IMG/VR virus record: IMGVR_UViG_3300012953_000018
Length of the DNA: 54,567 bases
Source: an uncultured virus (IMG/VR IMGVR_UViG_3300012953_000018)
Lineage: Duplodnaviria; Heunggongvirae; Uroviricota; Caudoviricetes
Strand: one strand, 5' to 3'
Shown: in pieces, positions 1 through 9,397 of the stretch
Layout of the letters: each line of letters opens with the position of its first letter
Numbering within the stretch: the first letter of the stretch is position 1
Notes under the pieces: model-generated
What the model saw: only the letters and a program-made list of their open reading frames with translations
What the model was told of the DNA's origin: nothing
Database searches by the model: none
Program-made: the position numbers and the translations under genes

Positions 1-2
1 GA

Positions 3-2609
3 AACGATAGAATAGTATCAGTATCAATCATACCGTTCATGAGAGCAAGAACAATTGAGATTGATGCAACTAACTTGAAGCCAGGCACAAACCACTTCTT
101 CTTCTTTGATGGAATTAGAGTGGATAAATTTGTAAGACCATTTAATTCAAGTTATTCTGTAGATGGTGGAACAACTGTAACTTCAAATTTAAAATCAGAT
201 GGTAATGGTAGATTGAGAGGATTCTTTGAACTTCCTAACAATAGTGTTCAGAGATTCCCAACAGGTATGAGAGAATTAAGAATTACTTCTTCATTCTATA
301 ACTTATCGAATCCACCTTCAACTGGTTCTGCAACATACCAAGCTCAAGGATTGTTGGCAAGTTCACAAACAGAAATTACTTCTACAAGAAATGGTAGAGT
401 GATAACACAATCAGTATCAGGTACAAGACAATCACAAAGAAGAGGTGAAAGGTTAAATGTAAGTAGAGTAGATACACAGGCACCCGATATCCCAAGAGAT
501 ACCACACCACCTGTAGTTGAAATTACTCCTGCTGAACCCGACCCAGCACCAGTGCAACCAACAGTACCACCAGTAATTTTTATACCGCCTGCACCTCCAG
601 TGCCTTTACCAGTGCCTCCACCTGAGCCACCTGCTATACCGATTCCGCCTGACCCAATAGTCTTCCCTGATCCGATAATCGGAGACCAAATGGACTTAGT
701 AAGAAATTGGGGAGCAATGTCTAGGTTAGAAAGAGGTTGGGGTGACCCATTAGCACAATCATTTATTTGTGAGGCAACAGGTGGAATGATGTTGACTTCG
801 ATAGACTTGTTCTTCCAAGCAAAATCAACTCACATGCCAGTATCAGTAGAGATTAGAAACATGGTGAATGGATATCCAGGCCAAACTGTATTACCATTCT
901 CAACTAAGACATTGAACCCAGCAGATATTAATATATCAGAAGATGGTTCAGCAAAAACAACATTTACATTTGACTCTCCAGTATTTGTAAATGAAAAAGT
1001 AGAATACTGTTTTGTAGTTTACTCAAACTCAAATGATTACGAATGTTTCATTTCAAGAATGGGAGAGCCTGACATACTCACTGGAGAAACAATCTCAGGA
1101 CAACCATACGCAGGTTCATTATTCTTATCACAGAATGCTTCAACATGGACTGCAGAACAAACAGATGACTTGAAATTTAACATGAAGATTTGTAACTTTG
1201 ATAATACTAAAGTTGCATCTGTATATTTCGAGAATGTAGATGTACCTTCACAAAAACTTGCAAAGAATCCAATTCAAACAACTGTAAGTTCTAATACTGT
1301 TAAAATTTCAAGTTACATGCATGGACAATATGATACAAGTTCAAATGTTCAAATATCAGGTATAACTGGAGATAGAGTAGGTTCAGTTATAACCTTAAGT
1401 AGTCCGTCACTTGATACGAGTGGTGGTTCACCAGCAGATGGTACATATACAACTCAATCTGCAACAGGTGGAACAGGTTCAGGATTAATTTTAGACTTTA
1501 CAATTGCAAGTGGTAGTATCACTGATACAAGAATTGTAAACCCAGGCCAAGGATATACAGCTGCTGATAGTGTACGAGTCGACACCTTTAATGGTGGTGC
1601 AGACTTCTTAGTTACTGTCGGATCAGTCGGACAAACACTAGGTGGTATCCCAGTGGATGCAATCGGTGGTTCAAGTACAATCACATATGGTGACACAAAC
1701 ACAGCTGGTATATCAGATATAGGTATCGACTCATATAATGTTGCAGTAGATATGTCCACATATATTGCAAACAATAAATTCAAATCAGGATACACTGCAT
1801 TAGAGTCTACTATCGGTGGTGGAGAGAATGTAATGGAATCAAGAAACTTCTATTACGATACTCTACACACTATGATACCTTCAATAAGTCAAGGTGGTTC
1901 AAAAATTATTGCAAGTACAGAATCAACTGCAATGAAATCACCCGAAGGACATATTGCAACAGGTGATACTGCATATACAAGAAGGTCACAAAATAACTTT
2001 ATCACACTAAATGATAATTCATATTTGGATAACCCAGCCGTAGTTGCATCACCTATAAACGAAACAAACAAAATGTCAAGTGTAAGATCATTTAGATTGT
2101 TACTACAAATGTTTACCTCAAGTAATACTGTTTCACCAGTGTTAGATGTAGGAACAGTGGGTGCAATTGCAATTGCAAACAGACTGAATAACATAGATAG
2201 TGCATCAGATGTGCCTACAGGAGTTGCATATTCGGCCTCTACGGAACCCGAAGGGGATAACAATGCAATGGTCTATGTTACAAGGAAAGTTAACTTAAAA
2301 ACTCCTGCTACGACTTTGAAAGTTATTGCAGATAACTTTAGACCACCAAACACAGAACTTAAGTATATGTTCAAGATTATTAAGAGTGATGAAAATACAC
2401 CTCTTGATGACATAGGATTTGAGTTCTTTAATACAGACGGTTCACCCGATAAAGGTATCGAGGTTGACCAAAGAAACTTTAAGGAATACGAATATACAGC
2501 AGAAGACTTACCTGAATTCACTGCATTTGCAATTAAGATTGTAGGACAAGGTAGTAACACATGTACACCTCCAGCGGTCTCTGCACTTAGATGTATGGCA
2601 CTTGCATAA
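3..2609 (+). CDS. Large virion structural protein (VrlC/DUF4815-like), 5'-truncated
   Basis: Frame is open from position 3 through the ATG at 39. Motifs DPLAQSF, GSLFLSQNASTWT, DLKF and C-terminal YVTRKVNL..EYEY..F.AFAIKIV are typical of VrlC-like proteins of marine T4-like phages. Contains a Pro-rich insert. Confidence 0.75.
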   Translation, partial: NDRIVSVSIIPFMRARTIEIDATNLKPGTNHFFFFDGIRVDKFVRPFNSSYSVDGGTTVTSNLKSDGNGRLRGFFELPNNSVQRFPTGMRELRITSSFYNLSNPPSTGSATYQAQGLLASSQTEITSTRNGRVITQSVSGTRQSQRRGERLNVSRVDTQAPDIPRDTTPPVVEITPAEPDPAPVQPTVPPVIFIPPAPPVPLPVPPPEPPAIPIPPDPIVFPDPIIGDQMDLVRNWGAMSRLERGWGDPLAQSFICEATGGMMLTSIDLFFQAKSTHMPVSVEIRNMVNGYPGQTVLPFSTKTLNPADINISEDGSAKTTFTFDSPVFVNEKVEYCFVVYSNSNDYECFISRMGEPDILTGETISGQPYAGSLFLSQNASTWTAEQTDDLKFNMKICNFDNTKVASVYFENVDVPSQKLAKNPIQTTVSSNTVKISSYMHGQYDTSSNVQISGITGDRVGSVITLSSPSLDTSGGSPADGTYTTQSATGGTGSGLILDFTIASGSITDTRIVNPGQGYTAADSVRVDTFNGGADFLVTVGSVGQTLGGIPVDAIGGSSTITYGDTNTAGISDIGIDSYNVAVDMSTYIANNKFKSGYTALESTIGGGENVMESRNFYYDTLHTMIPSISQGGSKIIASTESTAMKSPEGHIATGDTAYTRRSQNNFITLNDNSYLDNPAVVASPINETNKMSSVRSFRLLLQMFTSSNTVSPVLDVGTVGAIAIANRLNNIDSASDVPTGVAYSASTEPEGDNNAMVYVTRKVNLKTPATTLKVIADNFRPPNTELKYMFKIIKSDENTPLDDIGFEFFNTDGSPDKGIEVDQRNFKEYEYTAEDLPEFTAFAIKIVGQGSNTCTPPAVSALRCMALA

Positions 2610-2815
2610 TGGCTGATATAAAGGTAGAAGGACATACACATTTGATAAGAGACGAAGAGTCTCATGCAATTATCAATACGGATGTTGAGAATTATCGTCT
2701 TACTATGAAAAGAAGACAAATTCTTCGAACACAGCGAGATGAGATAAATAGTTTAAAGAATGATATGAGTGAAATTAAATCATTATTAAAGGAACTAATA
2801 AACAAAGATGGCTAG
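2609..2815 (+). CDS. Small conserved hypothetical protein with C-terminal coiled coil
   Basis: ATG overlaps the upstream TAA (TAATG). KVEGHTHLIRDEESHAIINTD..EINSLKNDMSEIKSLL is the kind of small protein found after VrlC-like genes in marine T4-like phages. Confidence 0.7.
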   Translation: MADIKVEGHTHLIRDEESHAIINTDVENYRLTMKRRQILRTQRDEINSLKNDMSEIKSLLKELINKDG

Positions 2816-4085
2816 AACAGTAAACAGAAATCAAACTCTAGAAGAGTTTAGAGGTAATTACAATAAGTTGGCAAATGATGTCGGGACTATTTCTGGCCTC
2901 AGTGGTAATATCAATAATGGTAACAACTTAGTAGATGCAATTAATGAATTAGAAAATAAGACTTTCTACTTTGATAACTTTACATTTACCGCAACTGCAT
3001 CTCAAACAACATTTAACTCTTCTCATGAAACTGATAGTAAAACAGTAAAGATTAGAGCTGGTAGATTCCAAGTATTCAAAAATGGTAACCACTTAAATGA
3101 AGGTAACGATTTTACTGTATCTGCACCAAGTGCTGGTATATCAAATTCAATAACACTTAACTCAGGTGCAACAGTAGGTGACATTATAAACATCTACACA
3201 TTTACTGGTTCTGCAGTAGGTGATGGTGGTGGTGCTGGTGGCGCAACTGGTCAGTTTACAGAAACAGCTGCAAATACAATTTACAATATTAACTCAAATG
3301 GAGTTATATTAAATGGAGACAGTTCTTCAAGAACTACCGAATTACAATCAGGATTTACAGTTCAATTAGCTGGTGCAACTTACGGTGAAGAAAACTTAAC
3401 ACTTGCAAGTGGTAAAACTTTAACTGCACCAACATATACAGATGGCACTGCAACAATTACAGGTGGTGTTGGAACAGGATTTAGTTCCATAACTTCAACT
3501 GCATTGGTTGGAAATTTAACAGGAAATGTAACTGGAGATGTCACAGGTGATGTCAAACATAGTGGTTCAGTTGTATTAGATGCATCAACAGGTGCATTAA
3601 CAGGAACCGTGTCTAGTATCACAAATCATTCTATCAAATCTTTGAGTGATGTTAGTGGCACTAACCCAACTAACGGACAGATATTAGCATATAATTCAAC
3701 CAGTGGTGATTATGAACCAGTAGATAAACAAACAACTACTACAGTAACAGAAGGAACGAACCTATACTTTACTGATGAGAGAGCAATGGACGCTGCAGCA
3801 ACCATGATAACTTCTGCAACTCATAGTAATATAACAGTTACCTACGATGATGCAACAGATACACTTGCATTCTCGGCTGCATCTCAATATGATAATTCAA
3901 ATGTACAGTCATATTTGACAGGTGGAGCTGGTATCGATTTTAGTAGTTCAGGTGTTATAAGTGCAAACACTTCAAACGGGATAGAAATCAATAGTGACAA
4001 CATTGAACTGGATTATGAAATAGTCTCTTCTGCACCAACAGGTGTCGGCAGTTCTGCGACTGGTCACCTTTGGTTTGTAGTATGA
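2808..4085 (+). CDS. Tail fibre/appendage-like structural protein
   Basis: Gly/Thr/Ser-rich, GNLTGNVTGDVTG repeats, EGTNLYFTDERA motif, ends APTG..GHLWFVV. Confidence 0.65.
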   Translation: MARTVNRNQTLEEFRGNYNKLANDVGTISGLSGNINNGNNLVDAINELENKTFYFDNFTFTATASQTTFNSSHETDSKTVKIRAGRFQVFKNGNHLNEGNDFTVSAPSAGISNSITLNSGATVGDIINIYTFTGSAVGDGGGAGGATGQFTETAANTIYNINSNGVILNGDSSSRTTELQSGFTVQLAGATYGEENLTLASGKTLTAPTYTDGTATITGGVGTGFSSITSTALVGNLTGNVTGDVTGDVKHSGSVVLDASTGALTGTVSSITNHSIKSLSDVSGTNPTNGQILAYNSTSGDYEPVDKQTTTTVTEGTNLYFTDERAMDAAATMITSATHSNITVTYDDATDTLAFSAASQYDNSNVQSYLTGGAGIDFSSSGVISANTSNGIEINSDNIELDYEIVSSAPTGVGSSATGHLWFVV

Positions 4086-4086
4086 T

Positions 4087-5619
4087 ATGTCTGATGAAAT
4101 TTATTTAAACATAGGGACAACATTTCAACAACCTTATCAAGGTCAAATAATAAAGAATGCCCAACAACCGAATATAAGAAATATAGTCGGTACTTATCCT
4201 GCTAACGCTCAGGCACCGTTTACCTATCAGAATAGAAGTCCATTTACATACCAAAATCAGGTAAGCGCACAGGAACCTAACATAAGACAGAGACAGTCTC
4301 CGTTCACTTATCAGAGAACTGGACGAACCCCTTTTACTTATCAACATCCTTTTACATACGCTAGACAGGGACAGACTTCATATACTTATCAACAACAAAG
4401 TCCGTTCACCTATCAGAATCCGTATACTACTAGACAACCTAGTATATACGAATATGCATCACCGTTTACTTATACAAGACAGGGACAAACACCCTATCCA
4501 TATCAGGCGAATATTCAACAACCGAATATTAGAAATGCAACTGGTAGAACACCTACTATCGGAAGTGCTCAGCAACCGTATCCTTATATTGCACAAGCAA
4601 GACAACCATCTAATACTCAGGCAATTGTACAGAGTCCAGTGATTGGGCAAGTGTCAGGCACGGTTCCTGTTATTGGACAAGCTCAGACCCTAGTACAAAT
4701 ACAGATTCCATTTTATTCACCTGATGGTGGGCCGTTTACATATAGACAACCATCTCCGTATCCGTTCCAACAGCCTGGGCAAGTGCCAGGCGGTGTACAA
4801 GCAATTGCATCTCAACAACCTTATCCGTATCTTGCACAAAACAGAACACCTGTAACTGGACAAGGTGGGCCTTATGTTGGGCCATATGCTTTCCAACAAC
4901 CTGCGACTGCACCTTTAATAGGAAGAACTCCTGTTCTCTCAAATATTGGAAATGTGAGAGGGCCTACAACTTATCAACACCCATTCACATATGCAAGACA
5001 GGGTAGAAGTCCTTACGATGTTAATGTACAAAATCCATACCCATACACTTATCATCATAGATCACCATTTACCTATGAAAGACAAGGACAAACACCGTAT
5101 CCGTATATTGCAAATATACAACAACCTAATCCAGGCCGTAGTACACAGACGGTTATAAACCATGCAAACCCAGTGTCAGCACAGGAATCTAACCCGTTGT
5201 CAGCACAAGCAACATATCCGTATATTGCAAATGCAAGACAACCAAGTAATGCACAACAACCGTATCCGTATATTGCAAATGCGAGAGAACCACATAACTA
5301 TGACTATAGGTCACCATTTACATATGCAAATCCAGTAAATGCACAGCAACCTTATATTGCAAATGCAAGACAACCTAGTACATATCAGAATCCTTATCCT
5401 TACACATATGATTACAGGTCACCATTCTTGTATCAACAACCTTATTCATTGACAAGAGAGATAGGGCCACTTGCAAAAGTGAAAGGTGTATTCGTAAACG
5501 AAGGTGGAACTCTAAGAAAAGCACAAGAGGTATATGTAAATGCACCTCAAGGGCCACAACCAACTAATGTTGAAAAAATTCACCAATCAGTGCCTAATGC
5601 ACAGTTCTTAAAAGGATAA
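4087..5619 (+). CDS. Pro/Gln/Tyr-rich repeat protein with internally mirrored repeats (putative hairpin fibre)
   Basis: 510 aa built from [QR]xP-anchored 6/8/10/12-aa units (RSPFTY, QQPYPYIANA, QEPNIR). C-terminal KGVFVNEGGTLRKAQEVYVN module. Confidence 0.8.
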   Translation: MSDEIYLNIGTTFQQPYQGQIIKNAQQPNIRNIVGTYPANAQAPFTYQNRSPFTYQNQVSAQEPNIRQRQSPFTYQRTGRTPFTYQHPFTYARQGQTSYTYQQQSPFTYQNPYTTRQPSIYEYASPFTYTRQGQTPYPYQANIQQPNIRNATGRTPTIGSAQQPYPYIAQARQPSNTQAIVQSPVIGQVSGTVPVIGQAQTLVQIQIPFYSPDGGPFTYRQPSPYPFQQPGQVPGGVQAIASQQPYPYLAQNRTPVTGQGGPYVGPYAFQQPATAPLIGRTPVLSNIGNVRGPTTYQHPFTYARQGRSPYDVNVQNPYPYTYHHRSPFTYERQGQTPYPYIANIQQPNPGRSTQTVINHANPVSAQESNPLSAQATYPYIANARQPSNAQQPYPYIANAREPHNYDYRSPFTYANPVNAQQPYIANARQPSTYQNPYPYTYDYRSPFLYQQPYSLTREIGPLAKVKGVFVNEGGTLRKAQEVYVNAPQGPQPTNVEKIHQSVPNAQFLKG

Positions 5620-5627
5620 ATAGTATT

Positions 5628-5963
5628 ATGGCCATTATAGCAAATTTATTCATCGACCAAGGAACAGACTATGCAATCACTGTAGATTGTACGGATAGTG
5701 CTGGAGAGATACTAGACTTAACTGGTTATACTGCAGCTTCACAAATTAGAAAGACATATAGTTCAACTAATGCAACTCAAACCTTTGCAACATCTATCAA
5801 TGCATCTGCTGGACAAGTTACCTTAACATTAACTGATACTCAAACAAATGCAATGGAAGCTGGTAGATATGTTTATGACCTAAATATAACTAAGACTTCG
5901 ACCTCAGAAACAACCCGTGTTGTTGAAGGTCAAGCAATTCTTACACCAGGCGTGACGAGGTAA
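5628..5963 (+). CDS. Conserved phage structural protein (BppU-like Ig-fold adaptor)
   Basis: NLFIDQG.D, LDLTGYTA.SQIRK, GRYVYD, RVVEG...TPGVTR motifs. Confidence 0.65.
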   Translation: MAIIANLFIDQGTDYAITVDCTDSAGEILDLTGYTAASQIRKTYSSTNATQTFATSINASAGQVTLTLTDTQTNAMEAGRYVYDLNITKTSTSETTRVVEGQAILTPGVTR

Positions 5964-5965
5964 TT

Positions 5966-6184
5966 ATGTCAAATATTAAAGCAAGAGTTCTACAAGGTAA
6001 TCAAATCAGAGCAAAACAGGTTGCAATTGGAAACTCAACTACAGTTCAAGCAGACTTAACACAGAAGTCTATCAACGAACTTCTTGATGTCAACGCAACA
6101 GAAACAGACAACGGTCTACTCTCATACGACCAAGCCACCGATAAGTGGGTCACTAAGACCACTATTGACGGTGGAACATTCTAG
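5966..6184 (+). CDS. Small fibre-associated protein ending IDGGTF
   Basis: 72-aa ORF with L.DV....NG.LL.YD...KW fibre motif and C-terminal IDGGTF. Confidence 0.6.
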   Translation: MSNIKARVLQGNQIRAKQVAIGNSTTVQADLTQKSINELLDVNATETDNGLLSYDQATDKWVTKTTIDGGTF

Positions 6185-6187
6185 TCT

Positions 6188-6195
6188 TATAAATA
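6188..6195 (+). promoter_or_regulatory. T4-type late promoter (TATAAATA)
   Basis: Exact gp55 consensus in the intergenic region upstream of 6334. Confidence 0.75.
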
Positions 6196-6287
6196 CTTAA
6201 ACAAATCAAGGTGTCATTCAGTGAGACACGACCCTCATAGTGAGAGGACTGTTTGTATTATGTTCTTTCTCGGATAGTGAAGAGAAA
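6192..6287 (+). ncRNA. Structured leader with three hairpins sharing AGUGA loops
   Basis: GTGTC-ATTCAGTGA-GACAC (6211-6229), CCTC-ATAGTGA-GAGG (6233-6247), TTTCTC-GGATAGTGAA-GAGAAA (6266-6287). Basal pairing of AATAC..AAACA with TGTTTGTATT. Confidence 0.5.
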
Positions 6288-6333
6288 TAAAAGCTTTTAA
6301 TTAACTAATATTATATTCCTAGGGGGAATAAAA

Positions 6334-7770
6334 ATGTCAACAGTAATTCAGATTAAACGAAGTACAGGTGTGTCAGCACCCTCTGTTAGTAATCTAGCAG
6401 AAGGGGAATTGGCATATGTACAGGACAGGTCTAATTCGGGTGCTGGTGCAAAACTATACATTGAATCAGTAGATTCAGATAACTCTACTGCCCTGATTCA
6501 CGCAATCGGTGGTAAGTATTATACTGATATACTTGCTGGTTCTACGGCTACACCTGCCGACTTTAAAGTTGGTAATGGTGCCTCTACAGGTGGTACATTA
6601 AAACTGATGGAAGATACCGATAACGGTTCTCACTCAGTTGGATTGAAATCACCTAATACATTAGGTGGAGATGTGGTATTCACATTGCCAGGCTCAGATG
6701 GTTCTGCAAACCAAGTTATCCAAACAGACGGTTCAGGAAACCTATCCTTCGCAACTTCAACTTCAACGGTTGCTGGTGCTTCAGATACAAATATTTCAGG
6801 TGCGGGGTCAGGACATATTCTGATTCATGACGGGTCTGATTCATTTGATAACAAACCAGTATCAGGAGACGCAACCCTAGCAGCAAACGGTGCATTAACT
6901 ATCGCAAATGACGCGGTGGATGCAGACAAGTTGGCTGCAAGTTCAGTCGTAATCGGTTCTTTAGCAGCTGCAATGTTGGTAACAGAATCCGAGGGGATTG
7001 GATCAAACGATAACGATACAACAATTGCAACTTCGGCTGCAATTAAAGATTATGTAGATACACAAATCACTGCTCAAGACTTGGATTTCCAAGGTGACTC
7101 AGGTGGTGCATTGTCAATCGATCTAGATAGTGAAACACTTTCAATCGTTGGTACAGCCAACGAAATCGAAACAGCAGGTTCAGGAAATCAAATCACAATT
7201 GGACTTCCTGATAATGTTACAATCGCAGGAAACTTGACAGTTAGTGGTACAACTACAACTGTTAACTCAACTACTGTTTCTATTGCAGACCCAGTTTTCG
7301 AAATTGGTGACGATAGTTCAGATGACAACCTAGATAGAGGTATTAAATTTAAGTACAACTCATCAGGTGCAAAAGTTGGTTTCTTCGGTTTCGATGATTC
7401 AACAGGAAAGTTCGTAGCACTAGGAGCTGCAACAGACTCATCTTCAACATTCTCAGGTACAGCACTTGATGCAGTATTTGGTGGTATAGAAGCAACAGGT
7501 CTTGCACTCTCAGGGTCAATCACATCAGTAGATGGTTCTGCTCCAACAGCAGGTCAAATCCTAATTGGTCACGGTTCAAACGGTGACTTTGCAAAAGGAA
7601 CTCTAACTGCTGGTGAAGGTATCGATGTGACTAATGCAGACGGAAGTATCACAATAGCTGGTGAAGATGCATCAACTTCAAATAAAGGTATAGCCTCATT
7701 TGCAAGTGCAAACTTCACAGTATCAAGTGGTGCCGTTTCAATCACAGCTATAGATGGTGGAACATTTTAA
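6334..7770 (+). CDS. Tail fibre-like protein with Mtd-N-like N-terminus, ends IDGGTF
   Basis: IQIKRS...P..L.EGELAY N-terminus, [27 protein letters not shown] fibre motifs. Confidence 0.7.
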   Translation: MSTVIQIKRSTGVSAPSVSNLAEGELAYVQDRSNSGAGAKLYIESVDSDNSTALIHAIGGKYYTDILAGSTATPADFKVGNGASTGGTLKLMEDTDNGSHSVGLKSPNTLGGDVVFTLPGSDGSANQVIQTDGSGNLSFATSTSTVAGASDTNISGAGSGHILIHDGSDSFDNKPVSGDATLAANGALTIANDAVDADKLAASSVVIGSLAAAMLVTESEGIGSNDNDTTIATSAAIKDYVDTQITAQDLDFQGDSGGALSIDLDSETLSIVGTANEIETAGSGNQITIGLPDNVTIAGNLTVSGTTTTVNSTTVSIADPVFEIGDDSSDDNLDRGIKFKYNSSGAKVGFFGFDDSTGKFVALGAATDSSSTFSGTALDAVFGGIEATGLALSGSITSVDGSAPTAGQILIGHGSNGDFAKGTLTAGEGIDVTNADGSITIAGEDASTSNKGIASFASANFTVSSGAVSITAIDGGTF

Positions 7771-7797
7771 TTAAATCATCTTTAGGAGGAGATACCG

Positions 7798-8622
7798 ATG
7801 GCAACAGAGATTAAATTCAAACGAAGTTCGACTCAGAACGATCTTCCCGTAGTCAGTGATCTTGCCCTAGGTGAGATTGCTATTAATACCTATCATGGTC
7901 GTGTTTACACGGAAAAAAATGATGGGTCGGCTGCAGTTGTGGAAGTCGGATCAGTCCCAGCTTCTCTAACAATCAATGATGCAATCACATTTCCGACAAG
8001 TGATGGTTCAAATGGACAAGCCCTAGTCACAAATGGTTCGGGGACTTTATCGTTCTCAACCGTTGGTGGAACAGGTTTGACCATATACACTTACTCTATT
8101 ACAGGTAATACTACAAGTATAACTGGTAATGATGATAACTCAAATTCTTTAACCTACACAGCAGGGACAGAACAAGTTTATCTAAACGGTGTAAAATTAA
8201 TTAGTGGTGGTGCAGATTATACTACTACTAACTCCACAACCATCACTCTCGCTGCGAATGCGATAAGTGGTGATGTCGTACAGGTAGTTGCTTATACAAG
8301 TGCAGACTTGGTACAAGGATACTACACGGCAACATCATTTTCTGCGACAACGGCTGACCAAGTGTTATCGTCAAATGGCATTGCAAATAAAGCAATCAAA
8401 TATGTCATTTGTGCAACTCACGCTTCTGCGGGTACACACGCTGCAGAGGTTTTATTAATCAACAATGGTTCTAACTCATACTTCGTCCAGTACGGTGATG
8501 TGTTTAGTGCCAGTTCTTTGTTCTCGTTGAATTCAGATATTAACTCAGGTAATATGAGATTACTCGTAACACCAGTTAATACGAATACAACGATTGATAC
8601 ATTCCAAATAAGACATTCATAG
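7798..8622 (+). CDS. Tail fibre-associated protein
   Basis: Paralogous N-terminus IKFKRSS..P...DLALGEIAINT. FPTSDGSNGQALVTNGSG and VYLNGVKL..DYT motifs. GGAG RBS. Confidence 0.65.
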   Translation: MATEIKFKRSSTQNDLPVVSDLALGEIAINTYHGRVYTEKNDGSAAVVEVGSVPASLTINDAITFPTSDGSNGQALVTNGSGTLSFSTVGGTGLTIYTYSITGNTTSITGNDDNSNSLTYTAGTEQVYLNGVKLISGGADYTTTNSTTITLAANAISGDVVQVVAYTSADLVQGYYTATSFSATTADQVLSSNGIANKAIKYVICATHASAGTHAAEVLLINNGSNSYFVQYGDVFSASSLFSLNSDINSGNMRLLVTPVNTNTTIDTFQIRHS

Positions 8623-8633
8623 GAGGATGAGAG

Positions 8634-9044
8634 ATGGCTATAAGTAAAGGATTTAAACTTGCAGAACTTATCCGACATATCGAATATGATTCGAGTGACG
8701 ATGTAATCAAAACAAGTAAAGCAACTCAAGATGCAAATACAAAGAGAGGTTCAGCAACTAAAACTGCAACCGATGTATTTAATCTTGATACTTTTGCTCA
8801 TGCAACCTACAGGGCTGCAAGATATATCGTTGCAATGTCTAAAGGAACAGATTTCCATTCAACGGAAATCATGTTGATTCATGATGGAACTACGGTTTCA
8901 TTAACTCAATATGGTGTTTTGCAAGATGCAACACTTGCCACATTTGATGCAGACATCAGTGGTGCAAATGTTAGACTTAGATGCACTCCAGCTTCGGCAG
9001 ACTCGACAGTAATAAAGTTTGACCGAACAGTTGTAGATGCATAA
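8634..9044 (+). CDS. Virion structural protein, paralogous to the C-terminal domain of 7798-8622
   Basis: RAARYIV....FHSTEIMLIHDG....TQYG...ADISG.NVRL aligns by eye with KAIKYVI....HAAEVLLINNG....VQYG...SDINSGNMRL. Confidence 0.65.
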   Translation: MAISKGFKLAELIRHIEYDSSDDVIKTSKATQDANTKRGSATKTATDVFNLDTFAHATYRAARYIVAMSKGTDFHSTEIMLIHDGTTVSLTQYGVLQDATLATFDADISGANVRLRCTPASADSTVIKFDRTVVDA

Positions 9045-9061
9045 GAGAAAACAACTCTAAA

Positions 9062-9092
9062 AAAAAGGGGGTGTATGCCCCCTTTCTTTTTT
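9062..9092 (+). terminator. Rho-independent terminator
   Basis: AAAGGGGG-TGTATG-CCCCCTTT followed by a T tract, with an A tract upstream (possibly bidirectional). Confidence 0.8.
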
Positions 9093-9111
9093 CTTCTAGG
9101 GGTACACATCT

Positions 9112-9119
9112 TATAAATA
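9112..9119 (+). promoter_or_regulatory. T4-type late promoter (TATAAATA)
   Basis: Exact consensus after the terminator and upstream of 9164. Confidence 0.75.
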
Positions 9120-9163
9120 ATCGTATACATTCTTAAACTACACAATTTAGGACACGGAGAAAC

Positions 9164-9397
9164 ATGGCAGATACCAAAAATTTCAGAATCGAACAAGGAA
9201 TTGACATTGGAACTACCGAAGTTGTAAATTCAAGTGGGAAGATACAGGCAACTGCTGTTTCAACATTAGATACTGATAATATTTCCGAAGGTTCATCTAA
9301 CACCTACTTTACAACAACAAGGGTAAACAACCATCTAGCAGATTCAGGTTCGGCAAAGACGATTAATAATGCTACAATAGATGGAGGCACATTCTAA
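9164..9397 (+). CDS. Small fibre-associated protein ending IDGGTF
   Basis: N-terminus KNFRIEQGIDIGTTEVVNSSG is paralogous to that of 9397. GGAG RBS. Confidence 0.65.
   Translation: MADTKNFRIEQGIDIGTTEVVNSSGKIQATAVSTLDTDNISEGSSNTYFTTTRVNNHLADSGSAKTINNATIDGGTF

Noticed and set aside
6334..8622. Diversity-generating retroelement suggested by Mtd-N-like N-termini and nearby hairpins
   Set aside because: No reverse transcriptase and no template/variable repeat pair differing at adenines is visible in the window.
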